Shown here: positions 30,301 through 42,300 of the stretch, in pieces | Position numbering within the stretch: position 1 is the first letter of the stretch | Layout: the number at the start of each line of letters is the position of its first letter | Assembly: GCA_963924565.1 (NCBI GenBank) | Contig: OZ004613.1 | Span: forward strand, 25,048,001 to 25,112,000 | Length of the DNA stretch: 64,000 bases | Reading direction: 5' to 3' | From: Ascidiella aspersa | Lineage: Eukaryota | Notes under the pieces: model-generated | Database searches by the model: none | Seen by the model: only the letters and a program-made list of their open reading frames with translations | What the model was told of the DNA's origin: nothing | Position numbers and translations under genes: made by a program

Positions 30301-33300
30301 AATTCGCTAAGTCGTTTGTCAATATTGCCACCGATTTTTTTTGCGATTTAAGCCTTCTATAGACATTCCGATAAACTGCAAGCTATGAGGATCCTCATCC
30401 TGTAGTAAAACCGCGTTGTAAAATTAAACGCCTTTTCGAGAAAATGTTGAGGGATATAGTTGCAGTTTATTAACCTATACACCTTTGGTACTTGAACTTT
30501 TACCCGGCGGACCGTTTTGTTTTTTTATAACTAAGACGACCCTTTTAAACAAGGAAAATCTAATAGACGTTACAATAATTAAACTAACATTAACCTATAT
30601 TCACACAATGCTGCATGCATCTGTCATTTGATGTACGCAAAAGATGTCGCGCAGACCCCAGTTTTTCAAAGGTTCCTTTACTTTTGTTCACTTACCCATT
30701 GGGAGAAATGTTATATATTTGTATATCTTGCATGCATTTCTTTAAAAATTTTCCTCGAATTGCTAATGTTTTATTTTTTTACAGTGATAACTTTAAAACA
30801 AAAATACGAATGATTTTGTAATAAAAATAATTTAAAAATATACGGCCTTAAAAAAATTTGTAAATTAGGCAGTTAAAGGGAGTCAAATTGATTATTCGTA
30901 ATTAATTGAAACGCAGAATATTGTCATGTTTAAGTGCTAATTAAAATTTAGAAAAGTTATTCTTGTGGAGACTTGCAATACAAGGGGTTAAGCAAAATTA
31001 CCAAAAAGATTATTATTTTTAGTAGTAGATGGCTAAATTTTGAATGGTTAAACGTAGTTTGTATCAGGAAGCAAAATTTATACCCGAAGTAATTCCCGTT
31101 ACACAATCTCTTACAAACAACTTCAAAACTCAAATGTCACGCTGATAATTCACAATATATGTCGGTTAAAACTTGTAAAACTCGTTCAACAATAAATGCA
31201 ACGTGCTCCTGCATACATTACATGCGTACAACAGCTGAACTTTTATGTTGGGTGCGTTGTGAGGTTTACCTGATGCGATCTGTTTACAAATAGAAGCGTA
31301 TACGCTTGTGGAACTCGGTACCACGTCGCATTTTTTGCGTTTCACAAAGGCTTTTACGTGTTTATATTTGCAATGCCCTGGGCCAACAGCTAAATTGCGC
31401 TGAACCGGAGTTGCTGATAAACTTTACGGATCGTTAACAGAAAGGTATAGTTTGAAAATCGTTTGCCGCAAAGGCCCAAAACAGTTATTGCATTTAAATC
31501 CCTTAGGTTGTCAGTCTCCTAAATAAAGTAGTATTCAATCGCGTTTTCTGTCGCTTTTTTGTTAGTAGATGTCCGTTACAAATATAAATACCACAGTTAA
31601 TCAATTTAGGTTAAAGGAAGGCGTTTACTAAAGGTATTTCGTCATCTGGATTAGCGCCCGACGCCTAAATATTTGTGTGCAGGGCGTTTCCATTTTTCTA
31701 CATCTGTGTTTGAAGTAATGCTAGCAGAAAAACTGCGTCTAAAATTAAAGCAGCCCGCACTTTGAACCGTCCATATGTGAGCTGCCAATTCGCTGTTTGA
31801 CTTTCAGCGACGAATGTTACTCAATTCAGTCGTTCTTTCTCGCATGTCAAGCCTCGCTGATATGAAACGCCGATCTCGTTAAGATTTCGCGATCCCGTTG
31901 CCTTGTTTCCGTTTGCGCATGTGGGCAATCGCAAAGCTGCGTTGGCTTTTGAATGCTCATCAAGCTGTTTTTTCAGTACAGCCTTAAACAACTCGGCGCG
32001 TAATTTTACTCGCTCCTCGTCCAAATCTGTTTTGTTTCCTGTTGCGCACAAGCGAAGGAATTGCGTGTGACGGGACCCTGGATACGATAAGATCGTAAAA
32101 GGTTCGTTTGTTGAACGTTATTGGGGAACACACAATAAGACCTAAAAAGCAACAATACATAAAGCCCAAAAAACTATAAAACCATAGTATTAAGACAAAC
32201 GACATAATAAAGCCAAATACGCAGTAATATCCAGTACAGCATACGATCAAAATCGTCTGACTAAGACCTAAATCTGTCGGAATAAGGCCTAAATTCATCA
32301 GAATTAGTTCTAAATTCATCGGAATTAGTTCTAAATTCATCGGAATAAGGCCTAAATTCAACGGCATAAGGCCTAAATTCTTTGGAATAAGTTCTAAATT
32401 CATCGGAATAAGGCCTAAATTCAACGGAATAAGGCCTAAATTCATCGGAATAAGTTCTAATTTCATCGGAATAAGACTTAAGTTCATCGGAATAAGGCCT
32501 AAATTCATCGAAAGAAGGCCTAAATGGCCAGAATAACGCCCGAACCTGTAAGTAGAGGGTATGGGACGATCGGGGGCCATCGGTCTGGCATCGGCCGTTT
32601 TGGTGACTACGTTTGGACGCCCTAGTCTGACCGGCGCCGTCAGGGCGCCGCTGTTTCAGCACCGGATTTTTTGTCCTGTTTGGGGTTATTGGTGGGTAAT
32701 GGGTGGGGTTAGAAAATGGGTTAGTGTTGAAACTTTTAGGGGAGTTAGTGATGTACTTAGGGGTGGGGTTTGGGGTTAGTTAAAGTGTTGTTTAGGCCTG
32801 ATTTTGACCTTTTAGGTCTTATTCCGACGGATTTAGGACTTATTACGATTTAGACGGTACTAATACCATAGGTATTAGTGCTATTTTGGTCTTATTCCGA
32901 ATTGTGTTTTATTCTGACATTGGTGTTGTTCTTATCTTGGTCTTATGGCTGGAGTCCCGTTATTGCACACAATATCGTGTTCGTCAATAGTAGCCTTATA
33001 GACGGATGTCCGATACTTTTCATTCGGATTCCCAAACCCGATATTTTGGGATAAATTACCTATTCCCAACGCTTACGAAACTACCTCGTAACTATATATT
33101 GTTTGTAAAACGTGGAAGACCAAAACATGCATACGCTAATGTCCCCTGATGCATACGTTAATGCCCCCTGCGCAAAGTATCATTCTCGATTATTAAGCTA
33201 AAATACGCTTGATTTATACGAAGCCTAAATCCAACTTTGATTCCTAAATTTTTGGGGAAAATTAACGTTTGTAGAGAAAGCGCTGATCTCAAACCACGGC

Positions 33301-36300
33301 TGAAATATACAACTGGCTATCAGATCGGAGCCGATACCACCCTATAGTATCGTATCGCTACATATGTAACAGTTTGGCATCGGGTATCGGCTCCGGTCCG
33401 ATATTATCGGAAGCTCTGTTATCTGGTACTTGAAACACAAAGTGAAGATAAACTGATCCGCTGCTATGACAGCGGATAATAGCAAGTTACGAATGTGGCT
33501 TCGATCCAAACGTACACAGCGCCCTATAGTTCCGGCAAAGCTTCGAGTCAACTGTGACGTAAGAAACGTCACGGTCCGTGTGACGCGCGTCACGTGCGAC
33601 ACGATTGGGGAAAGTCCCTCCACTCAACGGTGGACATTAAACCTGAGATTTTGTCTTGACAAGTTTAAGCTCACCAAATGGTGAAACGTCCTATTTTCTC
33701 TAAAAGCGACCGATTTCGGAGCACTTCTTAGCCCTCTGGGCCACTTTATTACGGCCCTAATAGCGTCCAAATGTTGACACTAAGCTTTAAAAGGTTCTTA
33801 TCTCGTGAACCCTTCTGTTCAAAACACAATTCCCCCTAAAAACAACATCTGTAAATTTGTCAAAACGAAATGTGTTTTAAAATTGATAAAAGTGTTTAAA
33901 GTTAAAAGTGTTTTAACTCTTTAAAATTGCAGGCTTTTTCAATCGCACAATTGTTTTACGGATCTTACCAACAGGGAAAATCAACTTCCAAAGAACTCAC
34001 AGTATCTCGCTGCAACCTGAAGCTTTAGAAGCGACACTCCGGTTTGGAAGAACTTAGCCAAGCTTTTCTATTCCAAGACGTTAAAACTTACCCTATAGGA
34101 AAAAGAGCAAAACGCCTGTCGCGCAGGCGCAGATCGCGTGTCGCGATAAATGCATTCCGTTGTGTCGCTTAGCTGATTGGCTCCATGCACGGGCCACGAT
34201 AACACTCTACTTATACCGTGGACCTATGCCGATATTGAAAAAAATCGGATTGGTTTTCATGGGGACTTCAAAACCACAGACCTTTTTCAACCTGGTTTCG
34301 TTTGTGCTTCAAAGTTGATCTTTTTTCATTTTGGCAGTGCATCCCGGGCTGTTTTTTATTGGTGTGTGTATAAAGTATATGTTGGTTTTGGGTTTGTATT
34401 ATTCACGTTTTAGGTCAAGGTTTTATCACGCCTCATAAAGAGAAATCGCGACCCACAGTTTGATGCAAATGAGGACAAACCTCGCATTGGGATGATCGTC
34501 TGACTTAATATCAGTAAAATACATCAATGCGCCAATTTGCTGTTTTGTATATTTTGTGTCTATGCCGAAACTCGGCCGTCAAAATTTTCCACTGATTTGT
34601 GTACGCTTTGGTTTAGTGCTGGCAATACATGTCACGCGGTGTGAAGTGCACATTAAATCTCAAGGATATTTTTCACCAATTCAGAAAAGGCTATGTAAAA
34701 TATTGTAATATTAGGAATGCTCTCATTTAACTACAAGGTTACTAACAGGCAACTTTGCATAAAATATTAATCCAAAAACACCACACCGGAATAGTGAGTA
34801 CTAGTTTGCATGACGCGTCTAACTCTCTAATGGCTTATGGGTTGTACAACTTTGCTAAAAAACAAATAAGTTGCGCGTTTAAAATGGATAAACAATCCAA
34901 ACGTCGTAAACAGTGCAACCAAATGTAAATTGTTGCCCCGAGCAGCATACACGCGGGGTTGTAGTGCCTCATTCCTGTTTCAGTCAAGCCTTGTTTTCTA
35001 AACATGGTGTTCGACGCGACGAGAGCTGCATCCATCGGATTAGAGGCCCGAATTAGCGGCGGCCAATCTACAAAACACAAAAAACAAAGACAGGCCAAGG
35101 CAAGGCACGACAAACAAACAGCGCGCTTAATTAAACGCAAACCGTCGACGCCCTGTTCAATCCTTCTGGCCTGTGTTTTGCTCGCGCATTGGAACGCCCT
35201 GTTTCTACTGTCTACTTGTGGAAACTCGTATGTATGTTCGCGGGACATGGAGTGGTGACCTGCCATACTGGTTTGGCGAAGAACAGCCATATTTTACTAT
35301 TGACTGTTTCTTAAAAGGTAATCGAAAAAAGGAGGGGATAGATTTTAGGGTGCTTCAATTTGCCAGGAAATACCAAACAACTGAAAAGTGCGGTTTTAAA
35401 TAGCGCTTTAGACTATTGGCAGTTGTCAAAAAAATACAGGACCCATTTGCTCTAAAACTAGAAAAAAAAAAATTAAAAAACTTTCCTCCTTTAACGTGTG
35501 GTATAAATGGGTTATCGAAAAAATGTTTAAACCTCCCCTCCCTTGATTGAAACGTCCCACAGACTCCTAGCGATGCCAAGACAGGCAGATACGATCTTTG
35601 GCGGCACCACGTGTACATCTTGCGGAGACCCGGTGCCCGATCGCTCGCTGAGATTGCAACAGTTGCGATTGGAAACCTTGATTGCGCATGTTTTGTGTCT
35701 GAAGCCATTCGCCACGCGGTCAAGGTCAAATAGTTTCGTGCCAAGGTCAAATGTTCTTTGCGTTGCCGGGTAGTCAATAAAGTCGCATTTATGATTTTAC
35801 ATTCCTTAAGATAAGGATCATTATTAAATCTATATGCTTGTAACAAATTTTGAAAGACGCATTTGCGTTAACTGCTAAAGTATCAAAATTATCATACTAT
35901 TAAACGTTAAAAAGTGCCAGAAACATATAGAAGTATTAACGGGTCGGGAAAACAGTGTCCTTTAACCTGAAATGACCAAGCTCGAGTGGATGAGTATTTC
36001 TAGTAGATCTGTTTACTATAAAAGGGACCTTGGTTGTTCTCAGCCTCTCACAGGCATTTAACGTTGGTTTAGGATGAGTAATCTCCGACACTTTGCATTT
36101 ATTTTTGATGAGATCACAATGCGTCTCTAGAATAGTATTAAACAGTGTTGTACAAAAGTCTCAGTCAAGTGATCGATTGCTCAAGTCAAGTTCCATTTTA
36201 GTCTTTATTATAGTACAAGTCAACTTTAAGCCATGTCATTGACGTACAAATTAAACGTTGAACTATTAAAATTGGCAAATTTGTACGTATATCAGCAATA

Positions 36301-39300
36301 ACCAAACTAAAGAGCAACAAAAACCCAAAATATAGACAGCTTATTGTTTTACGCGCAAAATTTTAGAATAATAAATTAATTTTATAAAAAAATGTGAAGT
36401 GAAAACACTTTTTGACTGAATGACTTAAGTCAAAATTAAGTCATTTGTCAGGAAGACTTATGTCAAGTCAAGTCATTTTACCGAAACGACTTAAGTCAAG
36501 TCAAGTAATTTGAAAACAGTGACTTAAGTCATTACACTTACAGGGTAGTCAGGTGGCCCTATATAAAATAAATTGTATTGAGTTGGGGTTTCGATACAAT
36601 TTGTCTTTATGTAGTGCAACCTGATTACCCTATATCTATATAGTATTAGACAAAAACGGCCGTTTGCAAAAATTAAGACATTGTAACACTTGTATTAATT
36701 AACTTTTATACAAACTTGGCACGACCGGTCGCTCGCCTCCTACGCTTGTGTTGCGAACACAACAGATCGCAAAATAGCGAACAGAATTCCCCGGATTACG
36801 GCAAAACAAAGCCAGATGCGATCGCCTTTGCTAGGCTTAGCGTTAAGCCAAAACTTACGTCAGCTGCTGAGGCATACCGAGCCTTTCGGCGTAGTTGATC
36901 ATACCCTCAGCTGTTTGTGTTTAGCTCCGATACCGCAGATAGTGCTGCCTTGGGTCCACCGCCGACGCCGCCCGTTTGTAAAGCGAGTGGTTATTGTGCG
37001 GATGAGAAACGCCTTTATTTACGCGGCCCCGTCGCTTTTACGGCGAACGAGCGTCTTATCTTTATACCGATCTATTCCACAAACGAACGTGCGTTGCACA
37101 GATTCACAAATGGCTCAAAAGATGCGATTTTTTTGCCATCTGCGTTTTGCCAAGTTGGACGTGTTTTCCGTGTATTGTTTCGTAGCCTTTAAATAGTTTT
37201 TTTTCCTCTCGACACACCGTTAATCTCTGATTTAAAGGCACTTTTTGCCCGACATATTGGATATCGGAATAAAAACGAACTATCGGAAACGGGATTTATA
37301 ATGTTTTTAATATTTTACCTAAGTGCGCACGAAAGTCAAAACTGAGAAATGTGTTTACCTAAACACATTTCCTTGTTTCGAATATTTCACAAAACTTGGT
37401 AGCACACAATTTGGCAAAGTCAACCTTACCCGGATTGTAAACGCCCATCACGCGTTCGATTTATTGTATCTGGTTTCGTCCGTCGGTGTCATGGTTTTAG
37501 TGTTTTAGTGTGGAAGCATTAGTGTTTGCACGAACTTCAGCGCACTTTCCTTAAGGTATATTGTTCCTACGTTTTTTGTGTCCTTACAAACGTTTTATTA
37601 GAAAATAATGGTTGGAGGCTGTAGTAAGACGTATAGGAAGAAGATCAAAGCCCATAGAGCAGTAGGTATCATTTTGAACGTTTCGAATGTTGAACATGAA
37701 TGAGTTATTCAGAACATTCACAATGATACGTACTTCGATATGGGCGTTGATATTCTTACTACGTTTCCTTAATAGCACACAGAAAATCCATCGCAAACTC
37801 GCCAAATCTGTCGATCTATGATGCAAGCAGGGCAGGACAGAAAAACAACTATAGCCTGCAGTGAGGTTCGAACTCACGACCTCCGGTCCTACCGGCACCG
37901 TTATTTCCCCTTAAGTTATGATGTTTATATGACACGCTCAGTGTCCTTATAGCGTTTGATGACAGTTTTGACGAAACTTTAAATCGTCGTGTTTGTGTTC
38001 AGACGTGATCGGACGAGGCAACTTCGGTGTGGTCCATCGGGCAACCTTAAGGAAGGATGGAACGGAGAAGACCGTGGCCGTTAAGGCTCTTACTGGTAAG
38101 ACCTGTTATAACATCTTGAGTGGTTTCCGTGAAAAATTTTCTAAATAACTGGTAACATACATGGAACAGTTTTCAAATGCCGCCTATATGTAATTGTCAG
38201 AACGTAAATATTTACCCTGTTGTCTATCTATAGTAATAGGCCATTTTAAACGCCTTATTTATTCTTATCCGCTAATCCGTTAAATTTTATTAACTGATTT
38301 CGGTTCACACTATAAGAAATCTCCCAGTGTACCAGCGTTGTAATGACTTAAGTCGTTACCTTACTTGTATATACTCAAGTCACTGTTCGCAGATTACTTG
38401 GCTTGACTTAAGTCTTTTGGCCAAAATTACTTAACTTGACTGAAGTCTTTTGGACTAAAGTAGTTTGCTATAAAATTGGGTTATTTATTTTATTTTTGCA
38501 CATAAAACAATTTGCTTGCTATACGTTGCATTTATTATTTCTTTTACTTGAGGAATTGCTCATAATCGGACGAGTTTAATAGTTAACGTTTTATTTTTAG
38601 ATTTTATTTTATTTTATTTATTTATTTTTTTTTCTTGACTTATTTATTCGAAAAGACTTGACGCGGACTCAAGTAATTTTACGAAAGACTGTTACAAAAT
38701 TTACATAACTGTGGGTGTACTCTGCAAGAGTAAACTCTTTATTCTCTACAATAGCCTCTCCCAAGCAAAAGTAAACCCCTGTGATCTTTTACACACAGAA
38801 GCTTACGCGTTGCGTTTATGATATCTTTACTTAAGGTATTGCTCGTAATCGGATGAGTTTATGACAAAGATTTTACTTGCTCTAATAATGACTTGACTTG
38901 GGCAACCGATGACTTGGACTAAAAAATGACCTGTTATTTATTCGAAAAGACTTGACTTAGACTTTAGTCATTTCAAAATGACATGTTTGCAACACTGGGG
39001 GTGTATAATCTGCAAAAGTGAACCCCTTATTCCCCTGATAATATTCCACCGAGCAAAATTAATCCCCAGTGATCTTCCACACACAGGAGCTTACGCCTCC
39101 TGTTACCGGGACGACTTCCTCGCCGAGATGTCGCTGCTCATCTCGCTCGGTTGTCATGACAACGTGCTGGGCGTGGTGGGGGTGTGTACGTCGCAGATGA
39201 ACAGCGCGGAAGAGCAGCAATCCCCGTTCCTCGTCACCGAGTTCATGACCTACGGCGATCTCCTTCACTTCCTGTGGGACGCGAGAGAGGTAAGAAATCC

Positions 39301-42300
39301 GGCAGTGTTCTAATAACTTAAGTCAATGACGTTGTAATGACTTAAGTCAATGAAATGAATGACTTTAATTAAGTGCACTTAAGTCATTGTTTTGGAATGA
39401 CTTGCCTAGACTTAAGTGCGCTTAAGTCACTGTTTTTAAAGGACTTGCCTTGACTTAAGTACGCTTATGTCGTTGTTTTTAAATGACTTGACTTGACTTA
39501 AGTATGCTTATTTCACTGTTTTTAAATGACTTGACTTGACTTAATTGGTTTTTAGGTAAAAAATACTTAACCTGACTTAAGTCTTTGTGACAAAGGACTT
39601 GACTTAGACTTAAGTCATTGATTCAAATGACCTGTATTGAAATTCCGTGTTTTCATTTAGCATTTTATTCTAAAACTGAGCTACTTATCTTAAGTATTGC
39701 ACGAAAAAGGATTATGTTGCTAAATGTTTTATTTAGTATTGTTGTTTTGAGTTAAATACTGCGCAAAATCGGACGATTTGTTTTATTTTTATATCAGTGA
39801 TTTGGACTTGAAAATTACTTGCTCTAATAATGACTTAACTGAGACTGGACGTGGGCTGGGACTTAGTATTTTTTTATTTTTTTTAAATGACTTGTTTATA
39901 GCACTGAAATCCGACTCTCAAACAGTCTTCTTATGAACAAATTTACGGTTTACGCCGCTTTCGCGGTTTGACAGCGATACGCGCTTATAGGACGTTTCGC
40001 CATGGGAACCGGATGCGCATGCGCACTTAAAGGTATTCCTCATGGAGGTGCAAGCCCATTGAAATTAATATTGGCTTTTAAAAGATTAAATGCAGCAATT
40101 TCTAATTTATCGCCTTGACATGTTAACCTTACTAGATCTGAAGCTCTTTATATTGTATGTTGGTGACTTGGTTAAAAATAATTTGACAAATTTTTTTACC
40201 ATTGGTTTTGGAAGGAAGACATATACTTGATTTGTTATTAAGGACCTCCCTCTTTATTCGTTCTTAGCTTTTTTCTTTTTTGCCCAATGTTTTCCCATAG
40301 CGAAAGTGCTAATGTCCGGGGTGAAAAGCCACTTATAATCATTTTCAACAAACAAACTTCACAGTCGAGTCATACGGCAAAATATCCATAAAACAAAACA
40401 GGCATTCGTTTGCCGTCAACACAACAAACAAGTCCAAGTCAATTCACACGACAAAATATCTTGAAAACAGAGATTCGTTTGTTGTTTATTTCTAACTATA
40501 GTTACATTGTAACGGTCTTCTAAAGTTTGGGATTTAGCTACACACTGCTTTAGATTAAACATGTTCAAAAATATTACATGCAAAATATTATCCAAGCATC
40601 CTGCAATAGGTTGTAATGAGGATGGGTGACATGTGAGATAAATATGGGCGTTTTTTTCATTTTTTTAATACATTACATTTTTAAACAAGCAAATCACCCC
40701 TCAGTGTAATAGGAACAACAATTAAGCTAAAAATATTCCTCAGAGCAACTACGTGTGACATACCTAAAATAGTCAAGCGCTCTGTCGGACTGAAATTTGG
40801 TTAGCGACGAAGTTTTGTTTTATGCCCAAATATGGCAACTATCTTGTGGTAGGCGATTCGCGGAAGTCGGCTTAAGCAAGAATAACGCTCGCGCCTTGAG
40901 CTGTGCAATAACAACCGGGCCGTGCTATGCAACTTATACCAACCTTGTATTGATTAACGAGAAATATATTTGCTGTTTGAGTTTCGTATCGGTTGATAAG
41001 GGAGCAAACTTTGCATAAATTAAAAGTTAGATTTTCTTAGCAAAATTTGAAGTGCCCGTTTTCTCGTTTGAACGATGTTTGGCCGCCATATATTTTTTTG
41101 TGAAATGAAATACATATAAATGTGGAGCGTTGTCGTTGATAAACTGGGCGGTTTCTGAAGGAAGCGATCACTGTTGTACACATGTGTGACGTGTGTGTAT
41201 GATTGTTTCAGTGAAATGTGGAAAACTTATAAAAAAAATAAAATAAAATACTGACTTGATTTGCTGCAGTGCGTGATATTTAGACAAAACTTTTAAGTGC
41301 TTAGCCTGCAAGACCCGCAGTTCGCCAGAAATCGAACTTTGGACCTTGGAATATTGCCACATTGCAGCAATGCTTTCGTTATGCTATAGTCGGCAATTCG
41401 ACAATGCGTTGAACTAAGGCCAAAGGATTAGAGACGCCCTTCTTCAGTTCTACGTCCTCGCGATTAAAGTTTAAATATTCCGCTTCACCCGTCCCGGCGC
41501 GTATTGCGTAACAAATACTTCGCATAAGTAGTTACGTAACGATTATACTTCGTTACATAAGAACCGCTCGTCATTCGCATACGTTTATATATACACGCGA
41601 CTTGCAGCCTGTGCCTGACACAGTAGCGTCTTATGTGGCTAACCTGCTGACTTTTAGCGTATTCGGCGAATTAGCTAATCGAGCTTGCGTTTTGCAACTC
41701 TTGATCTCTTTTTTGGTAAACGACACACTGGTCTCAACCTAGGATCTAAAATCTCTATTCGTCATGTTAAGCTGCCACTAATATGTTTTTTTTATCTATG
41801 GGCAAAACCAATCCATTTACATTTGCTATACATTAACAATTAAAAACATAAAACAAGAAGATGACAATCACAAACAATAACCTGGTGAGAAATATGCGAG
41901 GACAGTTTTCTTCAGGATTAAATTTAATCAAGTTTTAGCTTGTATGTGCACTCGACAAACATTTCCTTATTCAAACTTCATTAGGACAACGGTAAACTTT
42001 CTTTATAAAAGCAATGTCGAAGAGTTTAACCAGCGGGCCATATATGGCCAACGTATATAGCTTGGGATTTTTTGAGATGACGTCATGAAACAAGTGAACT
42101 TGGAAAAACTGCTTTATTGGGTCAAAAAAAAAGTGAACCTGAGATAAAGCTTAGTTTACATATAGTTGTAGACACCAAACGCTTTTTCGTATTAAAATAT
42201 TTTTTGTTCCACTTTTCTAATTACAAACCACGATTTCGATAAGGCTTATATAGACCCCTTACTCAAAACTAGTCAACGTCCAGTTAAGAACCATTCGAAC

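Noticed and set aside
31984-32662. 198 aa and 133 aa repetitive ORFs; possible CRISPR-like array
   Set aside because: These are translations of a 21 bp minisatellite with contiguous units, no unique spacers and no cas genes, in eukaryotic DNA
34835-37196. Intronic ORFs of 90-163 aa as a nested gene or transposase
   Set aside because: No recognisable domains, codon bias or consistent splice chain
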